DNA from: Promethearchaeota archaeon
GTDB lineage: Archaea > Asgardarchaeota > Lokiarchaeia > Sigyniarchaeales > SOKP01
Direction: 5' to 3'
Length of the DNA: 64,000 bases
NCBI GenBank assembly: GCA_048938855.1
Contig: JBHLLT010000012.1
Location: 1 to 64,000 of the forward strand
The notes under the pieces: model-generated
What the model saw: the letters and a program-made list of their open reading frames with translations, nothing else
Told to the model about the DNA's origin: nothing
Database searches by the model: none
In this document: piece by piece, positions 39,084-49,805 of the stretch
Layout of the letters: every line of letters begins with the position of its first letter
Position numbering within the stretch: position 1 is the first letter of the stretch
Program-made: the position numbers and the translations under genes

Positions 39084-39716
39084 TCAAGGTCTCTTTTTTC
39101 TAACAATATAATCAATGTAGCTATCTCTCATTACACGATCTTCCAGTTGTTTATGGAGGATTCTCTTTTCTTTAAATAATATTTCGATCTCTAAATTATC
39201 AAAAAATCCGTCAGATTCTTCATCAGTAAAAAATGTATGAAGAATTTCCCCTTCCCCTTCAAGTTGTAAATATTCTCCAGAATTTTGTTCTTTACCTACG
39301 CCATAAAACTCTGAATGTATTGAGAGAAAATTAACAAAACAGAGACCTCCCGGTTTTAAAACTCTGATCATCTCGCCTAGAGCTTTCTTAATATCAATTT
39401 TTTTCATATGAAATATTGTATTCCAAGAGTATACGTATCCAAAATAATTAGATTCAAATGGCATTGACCGCATATCACCTACCTGCATTGGTAAATTTAA
39501 TTTTTGCTTTTTAGCATAATCTTGTGCTTTTTCTAGTCTCTCTTCTGAAAATTCAATGCCAATAGAATCAAATCCCAATTGAACAAAAAGTGCCTGTTTA
39601 GGATTAGGACCACCTGAACCACAATCGAGCATTGGGCCATGTATGTCAGATTTTGAAATATATGAAAGAAAATTGTAAAATGGAGCAGGATATAATAACT
39701 CTTTTGCTATTTTCAT
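39084..39716 (-). CDS. Class I SAM-dependent methyltransferase
   Basis: LDCGSGG, GDMRSMPF, RVLKPGG. Confidence 0.9.
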   Translation of the reverse strand: MKIAKELLYPAPFYNFLSYISKSDIHGPMLDCGSGGPNPKQALFVQLGFDSIGIEFSEERLEKAQDYAKKQKLNLPMQVGDMRSMPFESNYFGYVYSWNTIFHMKKIDIKKALGEMIRVLKPGGLCFVNFLSIHSEFYGVGKEQNSGEYLQLEGEGEILHTFFTDEESDGFFDNLEIEILFKEKRILHKQLEDRVMRDSYIDYIVRKKRP

Positions 39717-39764
39717 AACCCTATAAAACCCTAATCCTTAAAAAAGCCATCCATTTTTACCATT

Positions 39765-40760
39765 TTAATCAAGTTTTTCAAATACGATGAGATCTCCATT
39801 ATAATCTGGAATAAACAATTCTTTATTATAATAATCCATACTGCAAATTTTGGGGAGATTTATTTTAAAAGGATCAGTCTCATCGACAGAATTTCTTAAA
39901 GAAGGAGTATATTCTGTATTACCTAGGATTGTAGATATAATTCTCTTTTTTTTCTTTTTTTCAACCATTCTGACAACATGATTATGAGTGTCACCAATAA
40001 AAATAACTCCGTCTTCGTCTAGAGCCATCGCCCAAGGTCCATCAAACTGTTCATTTTTATCTGAGCCAAGAGTGGCTTTTTTAGCATCCTTACCATCTCC
40101 TAGATAACCGGGCTCACCAGTACCAACAATAAGTTCAACGGTTTCCTCGCTAATATCAATCATTCTGACTGTATAATTACCACTGTCTAGAACATATACA
40201 TAATTATCTGGCCCAATTCGAAGGTCGTAAATCCAATTAAATTGGGCATCATTAAAACTTACTGTATCTAATTGAAATCCAGGTTTTCCATCACCTAAAA
40301 CATTTTTTTTCTTCCCGTGTGAGTCAAATTGCCATATCTTACATCCTGTGACTTCATTAATCCATACATTACCTTCCTTATCGAATACACAGTTTCCAAT
40401 ATCATTTGCACCTACTTCTTCCATATCAATGAATAACTCAAATTTTTTCTCGTCTGGAAGTAATTTATATATCCTCTTATTACCTTTACTGGCAATAATT
40501 AATGTATCATCTGTAGGGGATCTTGAAACAAAAGTAGGTTTTTTTAAATCAAAAAACATATGAGTATTACAAAGATTCGGATTCTTTGAACCTGCAGTCC
40601 AGAGAAATTCATTGTTTTTATTAAATTCTCCAAACCAATGTTGTTCATGTCTCAAGACGTAAAAATTTCCTTTATAATCATGAAATCCAAAATGGGCATA
40701 CCCATTATGCCATGTAATATCTTCTGGAAAATTAAAAATATATTTTACTCTCCATTCCAT
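39765..40760 (-). CDS. NHL-repeat beta-propeller protein
   Basis: VLDSGNYTVRMI, GTGEPGYLGDG, GPWAMALD, IGDTHNHVVRMV; GAGG SD before ATG 40760. Confidence 0.85.
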   Translation of the reverse strand: MEWRVKYIFNFPEDITWHNGYAHFGFHDYKGNFYVLRHEQHWFGEFNKNNEFLWTAGSKNPNLCNTHMFFDLKKPTFVSRSPTDDTLIIASKGNKRIYKLLPDEKKFELFIDMEEVGANDIGNCVFDKEGNVWINEVTGCKIWQFDSHGKKKNVLGDGKPGFQLDTVSFNDAQFNWIYDLRIGPDNYVYVLDSGNYTVRMIDISEETVELIVGTGEPGYLGDGKDAKKATLGSDKNEQFDGPWAMALDEDGVIFIGDTHNHVVRMVEKKKKKRIISTILGNTEYTPSLRNSVDETDPFKINLPKICSMDYYNKELFIPDYNGDLIVFEKLD

Positions 40761-40948
40761 TGAGAATCCTCTAGAAAAATATAATCCTATATTCAATTCA
40801 ATTAATCAAGTAATATAAATAAGTATCACATTTTTTCTCCTAGGACTTTCAAATTTGTCTATAAATGAGAAGAATAAAATATTAAATCCTTTAGTGTTTA
40901 ATAATAACTTGAAATTAGAAATTTAACATTTATTGATTGCTCTTACTA

Positions 40949-42127
40949 ATGGTTCTAGACGATATTTCTCATATTATAAAAGAAACTGCAGAAGATTGCC
41001 CAATTTATAAAAAGTTATGCGAAAAGGTTGAGTATGACTTTGATACAACATTAAAAGAATCTAATTTAGGTGAAATTCCATATATACCTTGGAATTTCTT
41101 TAAACTTTCAAATTATAAATTTAGAGACCTATTAAGAGGTAATTCTTTCGAAAATTTAAAATATTGGATGGAGTCTTCCTCTACATGTGGAGATCCTAGT
41201 ATTGTTGGAAGACTTGAAGGTGATATTGAAGTTTTAAAGGCTAATTATAACATAGTTTTCAATTCTTTTTCATGTAAAGAAGAAGTTAATAATCTTATTT
41301 TATTTGCCCCCGGAATGCGAATCATTAATAAAATAAGACACAATTTTTACAAAAAGGACGCATTTCTCCTATATAAAAGTATAGTTGATATATGGGAAGG
41401 GAAGCATATCAATTATCTATTACAATTTTTTTTGGGGAGAACAATTTGGAAAATGATGACAACCTTTAAAGCTCGAGCAGTGATTGGTATAAATGGTAAA
41501 TTGTTAAAAGACGAATTAAATCGAGTTGAAAGAGACAAACTTCCCACAATTATGGCTAATTCTCCATTGTGGATGCACAAAATACTCAAAGATTATCATA
41601 TTAAAGAAAAAAGAACTTTTGATCTAAGTGATAGTCTATATATCATTACTGGAGGTGGTGGTTGGGATGGCATTAAAGGTCGTGTTAAGTTGGGACATCA
41701 TGTAAATAAGCCAGATTTTGTTAAACAAATGTGTGATATGTTTAATATAACTCCAGATAAATTTTGTGATAATTTTGCAGCTACAGAAAGCCCAATGGCA
41801 TGCGGGGGTCATTGGTCAAAGTACTATAATGATTTCTTACTTCATGTTAATAAGGATCAAGGTCGGATTGTGGTCCGAGATATTCAAACATCAGAGCCTA
41901 TTAAAAAAACAGGAGAACCTGGTCTCTTAGAATTGATTACGCCTTATGGAGTAGAAAGTTATGCTGGAGTATCGGTTCTGCTAGATGATATTGTTCAAGT
42001 AGAAAATTGGGAAAGATGCCCTGAATGTGGTCGTGAAGGGACGATTTTTAGGGTATTAGGTCGTTTAACTCCATCTATTGGAAAGGGGTGCAGTTCATTA
42101 TTTTCACTTGATGCATATAATTTGTAA
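40949..42127 (+). CDS. LuxE-like acyl-protein synthetase (LuxE/PaaK-type adenylating family)
   Basis: SSSTCGDPS P-loop, TGGGGWDG, PGLLELITPY, SVLLDD, FRVLGR and C-terminal KGCS. TTG 40937 is an alternative start. Confidence 0.75.
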   Translation: MVLDDISHIIKETAEDCPIYKKLCEKVEYDFDTTLKESNLGEIPYIPWNFFKLSNYKFRDLLRGNSFENLKYWMESSSTCGDPSIVGRLEGDIEVLKANYNIVFNSFSCKEEVNNLILFAPGMRIINKIRHNFYKKDAFLLYKSIVDIWEGKHINYLLQFFLGRTIWKMMTTFKARAVIGINGKLLKDELNRVERDKLPTIMANSPLWMHKILKDYHIKEKRTFDLSDSLYIITGGGGWDGIKGRVKLGHHVNKPDFVKQMCDMFNITPDKFCDNFAATESPMACGGHWSKYYNDFLLHVNKDQGRIVVRDIQTSEPIKKTGEPGLLELITPYGVESYAGVSVLLDDIVQVENWERCPECGREGTIFRVLGRLTPSIGKGCSSLFSLDAYNL

Positions 42128-42454
42128 AGCAAAAATCAAAATAGTATTAAGTACCAGTATTTATTTTAAAAAAATGTTCTTAGATTTATTATTTGATTTA
42201 TTAAACATTCTTTAATGAATTGAAAATCGATTATTCAAAATATTATCTTTTTTTTATTTACTATATATATCCAGTTTTAATTCCTATAAGACTAAAAATA
42301 TTTTTCATTTTTTAGGTTAAATTTGTAAAAGAATGATCTATTTGAAGAAAATTATAGTTCATCTTTATACCATTTACCTATTAATAGCCAGTCTATACTC
42401 CGGTTACATAGGGAATATTATTCTACAATTTAATTATAAAGACGAGTTGATTTT

Positions 42455-43480
42455 ATGAGAAATAATAATATAAAAATGTTAGCTTTGGTTTTCCTAGGAT
42501 TTTTGTTCTTTACTATAAGTTCGGGAACAGTAGCAGCGGTTACTGATGATGATTCAGATGGTATTGATGATGGATTCGAAGATAAACATGAACGAGACAT
42601 CACAACCGAAATAGATGAAAATACAATAACTATAGAGTCAATTTTGCGATCTGCAGATGGAAAAAACAAGATACAATTTGAAATTAGCAATGAATCGGAT
42701 GGTCTTAGCATTAGAGTTGAATTTACACCTAATTACGTCTCAGATTCAAATACTTCACAGATTAAATTAGAATTTGGAGTGACTTTTAGAGAAATCGTCG
42801 AATATGTTGATTTTAACGCAGATGGGGTATTTACTGAATCAATTGATGAGAAAATTGATAGTTATTCTTTAGATGACTTTAAAGTGCCTATATATTCTAT
42901 TCATGATATTTCATTAGACACTAAAATGCATCATATTGTTTTTACAACTTCTGATGAGGTATTTACTGCTCACATCTATTTTGTTGAGGAATTTGAAATA
43001 ATCAATGATACACTAATTACTCCAAGTGAAACTAAAATCGATATTGAGATCAAGAATTACAATTATCTTAATGATACTTCCCAATTAGCATTATACACGA
43101 AATTAGATTCGGAAGTAAATTATGAGATGAAAGATAGCACTGAAGATGAGGAATTGGGATATGCTGAAGATGAAAGCAGTACTTATACTACAATGAATTC
43201 ATTTAAAGGGTTTTTTAGTTGGAAAGAAAATGCTACTGTTGATGGTTTGGTTAAAGATGTATTAGTTAGTCAAATCGAAGACGATGATTTTGAACCTAAT
43301 GAACAAAAAATTTATCTAAATTATCCAAGAGGTACTCTAATTTATCATGATCCAAAAATTGGGATAGGTTTGCCTTTAGCATCTCAAATTCCTGGTTATT
43401 CAGTTTTAATCATTGGATTAGTAGGTGCCCTAGGAATTACCGGAATTATTTATGCCATAAAGAAGAAACAAAGAATTTGA
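42455..43480 (+). CDS. Secreted Asp-rich surface protein with IPGY-type C-terminal sorting signal
   Basis: Signal peptide; DDDSDGIDD and DFNADG Ca-binding-like loops; YHDPKIG; IPGYS + TM + KKKQR. Confidence 0.8.
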   Translation: MRNNNIKMLALVFLGFLFFTISSGTVAAVTDDDSDGIDDGFEDKHERDITTEIDENTITIESILRSADGKNKIQFEISNESDGLSIRVEFTPNYVSDSNTSQIKLEFGVTFREIVEYVDFNADGVFTESIDEKIDSYSLDDFKVPIYSIHDISLDTKMHHIVFTTSDEVFTAHIYFVEEFEIINDTLITPSETKIDIEIKNYNYLNDTSQLALYTKLDSEVNYEMKDSTEDEELGYAEDESSTYTTMNSFKGFFSWKENATVDGLVKDVLVSQIEDDDFEPNEQKIYLNYPRGTLIYHDPKIGIGLPLASQIPGYSVLIIGLVGALGITGIIYAIKKKQRI

Positions 43481-43627
43481 TTAATAAATAATTTTTTTTT
43501 TATTTTTTAAGTATGATTTTTAACGTTTTCAACCGATATCGACAAATATCTATTTAAATATATCTTTTAATAAAATATAAAGAAAATTCTTAAAAAAAAA
43601 CAAAAATGCTATAATGTGAAGTTTAAA

Positions 43628-44908
43628 ATGAAAAAGAGAAGACTTTTCTTTAGTATCTTTTTTCTAGGAATAATCTTATTCAATTTAAGTGTTGCTACAG
43701 TTATAGCATCAGATGATGATTTTGATGGAATCGATGATAAATATGAAGCTGTGAATAAAAGAAATATAACAATAAATTTCTCAAGTGACGAATTCAAATT
43801 GGATTCACTTTTAAGAACTGGAAACCATAGAGATAAAATTAGCATTGGTGTCAATTATGATAATAATGGAATTGAAATAGAACTCCAGTATAATCCAAAA
43901 ACTGAAGGAGGTAATAATGAATTAAATTTCTCTATCTCCTTTCAAAAATTGATAGAATTTGTTGATATGGATAGCGATGGTATTTATGATAATTCAACGG
44001 ACCAAACACTTAAAGAAGTTGATATCCAAGATTTTAACAAAATCAACTATTCTCAATTTGTATTATCGCCAAATACAATATTACATTATATCAAACTAAG
44101 TACAAAGGATGGAATTTTTAAAACACATTTCTTCTTTTCTGAAGAATTCACAACCATTAATAACAGTCTAATTACACCCACTGAATCAAAAATAGGTATA
44201 GAGATTAATGACTTCAATTATACAAATGGATCATCCCAACTGGCACTCTATGTTAAGTTGGAATCTGAAGCAAAATATGAAGAGAAGGAGGAAACTGAAG
44301 ATGAGAGTCTAGGTTTTGCCTTTAATGAGACTTCAGTTTTCACATCAAATGCAAGTAGAGTTGGATTTTTATCATGGAAAAAATCAGCTATAGTTGATGG
44401 GAATGAGAGTCAGATATTAGTTTCACCCATTCAGGTTGATGACGACGATGAATCTGAACAAAAAATTTATGTTAATTATCCGAGAGGTCAAAATATTTAC
44501 CACGACCCAAAATTAGGAGTCCAAGGAATACTACAATCAATTCTTAATCCCCCCTTTCCTTTTGCTTTAACTATAATAATTGTTATTAGTCTTGCATTAA
44601 GCATTGGTGTTAGTTACGCTGTATATCACTATACAAAAACAAATGTTGCTAGTGTATTTCTCTCAAATGAGAAAAAGAAACAACTTGAAAAAAATCGACG
44701 AAAGAATTTTGGATATCCTAAGGATAAAATTGAACAAATGTTATCTAATCCTCAATTAACATCTGTTTCGCCTGACTTCTTTAAACAAGTGGATCTTTTG
44801 GAATTAGACATTAAGGACAAAGATGAATTTATTAAAGAAATGTTAGCTCTTAATCCTTTTGAACGTAAATTGATAATGAGAGAAATGATTAAAAAATCTA
44901 AGAAATAG
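43628..44908 (+). CDS. Paralog of 42455..43480 with a TM helix and a cytoplasmic C-terminal domain
   Basis: DDDFDGIDD, DMDSDG, EQKIYVNYPRG, YHDPKLG; TM followed by a tail of about 90 aa. Confidence 0.8.
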   Translation: MKKRRLFFSIFFLGIILFNLSVATVIASDDDFDGIDDKYEAVNKRNITINFSSDEFKLDSLLRTGNHRDKISIGVNYDNNGIEIELQYNPKTEGGNNELNFSISFQKLIEFVDMDSDGIYDNSTDQTLKEVDIQDFNKINYSQFVLSPNTILHYIKLSTKDGIFKTHFFFSEEFTTINNSLITPTESKIGIEINDFNYTNGSSQLALYVKLESEAKYEEKEETEDESLGFAFNETSVFTSNASRVGFLSWKKSAIVDGNESQILVSPIQVDDDDESEQKIYVNYPRGQNIYHDPKLGVQGILQSILNPPFPFALTIIIVISLALSIGVSYAVYHYTKTNVASVFLSNEKKKQLEKNRRKNFGYPKDKIEQMLSNPQLTSVSPDFFKQVDLLELDIKDKDEFIKEMLALNPFERKLIMREMIKKSKK

Positions 44909-44934
44909 CAGATATAAACTTCGGTTAGGAAAAC

Positions 44935-45603
44935 ATGTCGGTTGATTTACTCCCACAAGAGAGAGTGGTTTTAGAGATTGTACAAAACTATTTAAGTAAA
45001 AACCGGCAGTTTGACATTGATGATATAATTCCTTATATTAGTTATTATCTTAGAAGAACTTCTAATAAACTTAATTATAAAGGAATTAAATCAGTCTTAA
45101 AGTCTTTAGTTAAAAAAAATTTCCTTGTTGAGGGTTCTAAATTAACTAATGATGATGTCTTAAAAAATGAAAAGCGTAAAAAAATATATCATCATATTTT
45201 AACAAAACCTGGAATTTATTTTTCTAGACTTGTTAATGATTTAGGCTTTAGCACTCATGTGGTAGTATGGCATCTCAATATTTTAATTAAGTTTAACTTT
45301 ATAAAGAAGAGAATATTCAACAAACACGAAATATACTTTGATTCTAATGTTGATATAACAGATGCCAAATTTAGTTTTTACATCTCTCATGATAAAAGTC
45401 AAAATATTATTCAATATCTCCACCAAAATAATATCGGATTAACAAAAACTAAACTTTCAAAAGCTCTTAAAATGCATCCTAATACACTTTCAAAATATTT
45501 GCTAATTCTTGAAAGATTAGAAGTAATATTAAAAGAAAAAATAGATAATAAAATTTTATTTTTTGTAAATGAAAAATTGTTACCACAAATTATTCATCAT
45601 TAA
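44935..45603 (+). CDS. Multi winged-helix transcriptional regulator
   Basis: VLKNEKRKKIYHHILTKPGIYFSRL...VVWHLNIL and a second HTH, LSKALKMHPNTLSKYL. Confidence 0.82.
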   Translation: MSVDLLPQERVVLEIVQNYLSKNRQFDIDDIIPYISYYLRRTSNKLNYKGIKSVLKSLVKKNFLVEGSKLTNDDVLKNEKRKKIYHHILTKPGIYFSRLVNDLGFSTHVVVWHLNILIKFNFIKKRIFNKHEIYFDSNVDITDAKFSFYISHDKSQNIIQYLHQNNIGLTKTKLSKALKMHPNTLSKYLLILERLEVILKEKIDNKILFFVNEKLLPQIIHH

Positions 45604-45789
45604 AGCCCTAAGAATTATTTTACATCATTAATTGTCTTTATAAGTATGGAATAAATCAACACCATACATTATTAGAGATCTTGTCAAAATATTACATATT
45701 AAAAAATGGGCTCCATTTTTTTCTTAAACAATTTCAAATATTTTTTAGTATAGATATAATCTTATTACATTTTTCTATAAATGTCTTAA

Positions 45790-46869
45790 ATGGCTAGAAC
45801 GAATAAATCTGCACTTAGAAAAGTAGGATTTCCTCTTTTAATTGTAGTTTTTGGAATAGCAGGAGTTTTCCCTGGAGCTCTACTAATACTGAGAATAAAC
45901 TCTAATGAATATTGGACGAATATAGCTCCGGAACTTGCACGAATGGATTCAAGCGTGTTAGATAATATGATCTATGATGTTGAAAATAATTATTATGGAG
46001 TTTATAGTATTCTTGTAATAAGAAATGGTTTTATCGTAAAAGAATGGTATGATACATTCGCTAGTCGTGATTATCTATTTCGTTTATACTCCGTTTCAAA
46101 GAGTGTGACCTCAATTTTAGTAGGAATTGCACTCGATAAGGGGTATATTAGTAGTCTTGATGAGTTAGTTCTCGACTATTTTCCTGATAAAGACATTGCG
46201 AATGTCGATGCTCGAAAGGAGGCGATAACAATTGAGCATTTATTAACTATGACTACAGGACTATATTGGCCTGAGTATTATCCTTATGAAGATCATAGAA
46301 ATCCATATAACACTTGGAAAGCAAGCGAAGATCATGTAGAATTTGTACTTAATAGAACAATGATTGCTGCTCCCGGTGAAACTTTTAATTACAATACTGG
46401 TGCTACTCATTTACTATCAGCAATAATACAAAGAGCTACTAACATGTCTACATCTGATTTCGCAGATCAATATTTATTTGGACCATTAGGTATTGAGCAT
46501 TCGAATTGGTTGCAAGATCCGCAAGGAGTATCATGTGGTGGTGATGGATTATTTCTAAGAACTCGAGATATGGCTAAATTGGGTTATCTTTTCCTTAAAG
46601 GAGGGATATGGGGAGATAGACAGATTGTTTCAGATAGTTGGGTTAGAAAGTCAACCAGTCCTTTAATATATTTAGATATAAATAGTGGATATGGCTATCA
46701 ATGGTGGGTCAATCCTTATAGTAACTGTTATCGGGCATTAGGTTATGGGGGCCAGCAAATTAATGTATATTATACCAGAGACTTGCTCATAATGTTCACT
46801 GGTATGAATCTAAGTTTTGATTTTAACTCGTATTTAATTTATAATTATATTTTACCAGCTTTGTTATAA
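45790..46869 (+). CDS. Serine hydrolase, beta-lactamase class C-like, membrane-anchored
   Basis: SVSK (SxxK), HLLTMTTG, FNYNT, YGYQWW, ALGYGGQ. Confidence 0.9.
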   Translation: MARTNKSALRKVGFPLLIVVFGIAGVFPGALLILRINSNEYWTNIAPELARMDSSVLDNMIYDVENNYYGVYSILVIRNGFIVKEWYDTFASRDYLFRLYSVSKSVTSILVGIALDKGYISSLDELVLDYFPDKDIANVDARKEAITIEHLLTMTTGLYWPEYYPYEDHRNPYNTWKASEDHVEFVLNRTMIAAPGETFNYNTGATHLLSAIIQRATNMSTSDFADQYLFGPLGIEHSNWLQDPQGVSCGGDGLFLRTRDMAKLGYLFLKGGIWGDRQIVSDSWVRKSTSPLIYLDINSGYGYQWWVNPYSNCYRALGYGGQQINVYYTRDLLIMFTGMNLSFDFNSYLIYNYILPALL

Positions 46870-46887
46870 ATAAAGGGTGTTATAAAA

Positions 46888-47280
46888 ATGGTAGAAATGA
46901 CAAAAAACTTGAAAATATTGTTACTAATTAACGCCATTATAGGTTTAGGTTTTGCTTTCTTTTACTTGGCTATTCCATTTTGGTACCTCTCTCTGATTCA
47001 ATGGCCTTTTTTCGATCCATACTATTCATGGGCATTTGGGGGAGTATTTTTAATAATTTCTAGCTTTATCCTTTTCGTATTAAAAAAGGATGATTGGCAC
47101 AGGGGGAAAACCGTATTTGAAATTACGATAGCTTGGGAAATACTAATTTTAGTCCTAAATGTTATATCTTTGATTTTTATCCCCGCACCACTAGATTCTA
47201 TAATTACTACTTGGATCTACAATATAGTATTTATCATATTAATTGTTATCAATCTTAAATTTTATAGTAAAAAACTGTAA
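46888..47280 (+). CDS. Hypothetical 4-TM membrane protein
   Basis: 130-aa hydrophobic ORF with GGGTG SD. Confidence 0.75.
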   Translation: MVEMTKNLKILLLINAIIGLGFAFFYLAIPFWYLSLIQWPFFDPYYSWAFGGVFLIISSFILFVLKKDDWHRGKTVFEITIAWEILILVLNVISLIFIPAPLDSIITTWIYNIVFIILIVINLKFYSKKL

Positions 47281-47340
47281 AACTGTTATAACTTTTTTAG
47301 GATAACATATAGTATAGTACGCTAGTTTTTAGTGGGAAAA

Positions 47341-48222
47341 ATGAGATGGAACACAAAAATAACAAGGATGACTGGAATTCAATATCCCATAATTATGGGT
47401 GCTTTTATGGCAATAGGGAGAGCGGAATTTGCAGCATCATTTTCAAATGCAGGAGGATTGGGAATCCTCACAGCGATCAATTTTAAAACTGTTAATGATT
47501 TTCAAGAAGAAATTGCAAAGATGAAAAAATTGACAAATAAGCCTTATGCTGTCAATTTTTCAATTATGCCTACTCAAATTATTGAAAAAACTGGAAGAGG
47601 AAGAACAGAAGAATCCTATCTTGATTATGTAGACATTGCTATTGATGCAAGCGTTAAAGTTTGTACTACTTCTGCCTATAAAGTTGCGAAAATTGGGAAA
47701 AAATTACATGATGCTGGTTGTTATTGGTTTCACAAGTGTGCCACAATTAAGCATGCGATATCCGCTGAAAAAGCAGGTGCAGATGCTATAACAATTGTAG
47801 GCCTTGAAGGAACCGGATTTAAAAATCCAACGCAAAATACTACTCTCGTTAATATAACTATGGCAAAAAAGATGTTGAAGATCCCTATTATAGCAGCGGG
47901 AGGAATAGGAGATGCTAGAGGCTTTCTAGCAGCTCTTGCTATGGGCGCTGATGCTGTATGTTTTGGAACTGCGATTATACCCACATTTGAAAGTCTCGCT
48001 TCAAATAATTGGAAGAAAGCTATAATTAAACAAGATATATTTGATGAAAAATTCTATAAAAAAATCTTTCATTTCCAATTAAAAGATTCTCCAATAGGAT
48101 CTATGGCTGCGGGCCATTGTGATAAAATAATGTCTTTGAAAGAATTTATTGAACGTATCACATCAAACGCTGAAAAAATCCTTCAAAAATGGGGTTTTCA
48201 GGGAAATGAGTTTTCTACATAA
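47341..48222 (+). CDS. Nitronate monooxygenase / FabK-like FMN enzyme
   Basis: YPIIMGA, NAGGLG, GADA, IPIIAAGGIGD, GADAVCFGT. Confidence 0.88.
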   Translation: MRWNTKITRMTGIQYPIIMGAFMAIGRAEFAASFSNAGGLGILTAINFKTVNDFQEEIAKMKKLTNKPYAVNFSIMPTQIIEKTGRGRTEESYLDYVDIAIDASVKVCTTSAYKVAKIGKKLHDAGCYWFHKCATIKHAISAEKAGADAITIVGLEGTGFKNPTQNTTLVNITMAKKMLKIPIIAAGGIGDARGFLAALAMGADAVCFGTAIIPTFESLASNNWKKAIIKQDIFDEKFYKKIFHFQLKDSPIGSMAAGHCDKIMSLKEFIERITSNAEKILQKWGFQGNEFST

Positions 48223-48277
48223 TAAAAATATGGATTCTTTTAAATTTAGAGTCTTTTTAATCTCTAATAAATTACCG

Positions 48278-49099
48278 TTAGATAAAAAAATCTTGATAAA
48301 GTTCAGCTTTAGGATCAACCGAATATTTTTTTAAATCAGTAATTCCGTGTTCAATAAGAATATCTTCATCAATAAAGAAATTTCCTGTACATTCTGTGCT
48401 TTTCTTTGTAAGGATAAAGTAAGCAGCATCAGCTACAATCTCTGGTTTTCTTGAGTGTTTAATTGCTGAATGCCCTCCTAGTAAATTTTTAACTGCTGCC
48501 GTAGCTATTGGAGTACGAGGCCATAAAGCATTTACTGCAATCCTGTTTTTTTTGAATTCTTCTGCCATACCAAGTACGCACATACTCATTCCATATTTAG
48601 CAATTGTGTAGCCCACATTATTTTTAAACCATTTTGAATCTAAGTTTAGGGGTGGGGAGAGATTTAAAATATGAGGATTGTTAGATTTCTTTAAATAAGG
48701 GATACATAATTTTGAGCATAAAAAGGTTCCCCGTACATTAACATTAATCATTAGATCAAATCGTTTCAGTTCGAGTTCTAAAGTAGGGGACAAATTTATC
48801 GCACTAGCATTATTTATAAGGATATCAATACCCCCGAATTCTTTGATTGTCATATCAACAGCTCTTTTGACTTGTTTTTCAAATCTAATATCTGTAATAC
48901 AAGGGAGGGCATTACCTCCAGCAGAGATAATTTCTTCTACGGCAGTAAACACAGTTCCAGGTAATTTTGGATGTGGTTCTTTGGTTTTTGCGACCACAGC
49001 TATATTAGCTCCATCTTGAGCAGCTTTTATGGCAATAGCTTTTCCAATCCCTCTACTAGCACCAGTTATGAAAAGAGTTTTGTTTTTTAATGATGTCAT
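48278..49099 (-). CDS. SDR oxidoreductase, HSDL2-like
   Basis: TGASRGIG, HPKLPGT, INNASAI, NPHILNLSPPL, YTIAKYGMS, NALWP. Confidence 0.92.
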   Translation of the reverse strand: MTSLKNKTLFITGASRGIGKAIAIKAAQDGANIAVVAKTKEPHPKLPGTVFTAVEEIISAGGNALPCITDIRFEKQVKRAVDMTIKEFGGIDILINNASAINLSPTLELELKRFDLMINVNVRGTFLCSKLCIPYLKKSNNPHILNLSPPLNLDSKWFKNNVGYTIAKYGMSMCVLGMAEEFKKNRIAVNALWPRTPIATAAVKNLLGGHSAIKHSRKPEIVADAAYFILTKKSTECTGNFFIDEDILIEHGITDLKKYSVDPKAELYQDFFI

Positions 49100-49229
49100 T
49101 TCATATCGTCTAATTTTATTTATAAAGTCTTGATTTATTACCTTGTATTTTTACCAATCTTTTATATTTTATAGTAATAAAACATAAGAAAAAGCTTTAA
49201 AGTCATTTCATAATCTTTGATTAATAAGA

Positions 49230-49694
49230 ATGGCAGATTTAAATCCCGAGAAATTGCATGTTGTTTATCAAGACTCGGTTGATGCTGATAAATTAGTTTT
49301 ACCTCGGAAATATACGTTAACTCATTCAGATTCTACAGGAGATCTTTTCCTTACAATAGGTTCCGAATATGATCTCGAGCAAACTTCAAAACGTTACACT
49401 AAGTTTATGAGAGATGAAGTATTAGCTGAGTGGCAAAAAAAGAATGATCATTATGAATTACATTTTTATCTGCATGTTAGTGGAGGTTTTTGTTTTGGTT
49501 GGGCGGGATTACGAGATAGAATTTTCCGATATCATCTGCCACTTGTTTTTCAAGCCATTAGATATGGAGATAAAGAATTAATTGACTCTTTGCCAGTAAT
49601 TCAAAATTCACCAATTTTTGTTCACTTTCAGTCTAAGAATAAAAAGTATAATAAAATTGAAAATTTTGGAATAGTTAGAGACATTAATTATTAG
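49230..49694 (+). CDS. Staygreen (SGR) family protein, Mg-dechelatase homolog
   Basis: LPRKYTLTHSDSTGDLFLTIG, RDEVLAEW, HVSGG, IF...LPL, YGD, VHFQS. Confidence 0.92.
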   Translation: MADLNPEKLHVVYQDSVDADKLVLPRKYTLTHSDSTGDLFLTIGSEYDLEQTSKRYTKFMRDEVLAEWQKKNDHYELHFYLHVSGGFCFGWAGLRDRIFRYHLPLVFQAIRYGDKELIDSLPVIQNSPIFVHFQSKNKKYNKIENFGIVRDINY

Positions 49695-49805
49695 AAATTA
49701 TAAATTCAAGCTGCTCTAAATTTAATTTTTATAACTACAAGCAATAAGCTTTTTGATAAAATATTAACAGAGCGTACATAAGCTTTAATTTTTATAATAA
49801 GTTAT

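Noticed and set aside
38125-46869. APH and beta-lactamase-like genes as an antibiotic-resistance island
   Set aside because: Both belong to broad enzyme families; no integrase, IS or other mobility signal nearby
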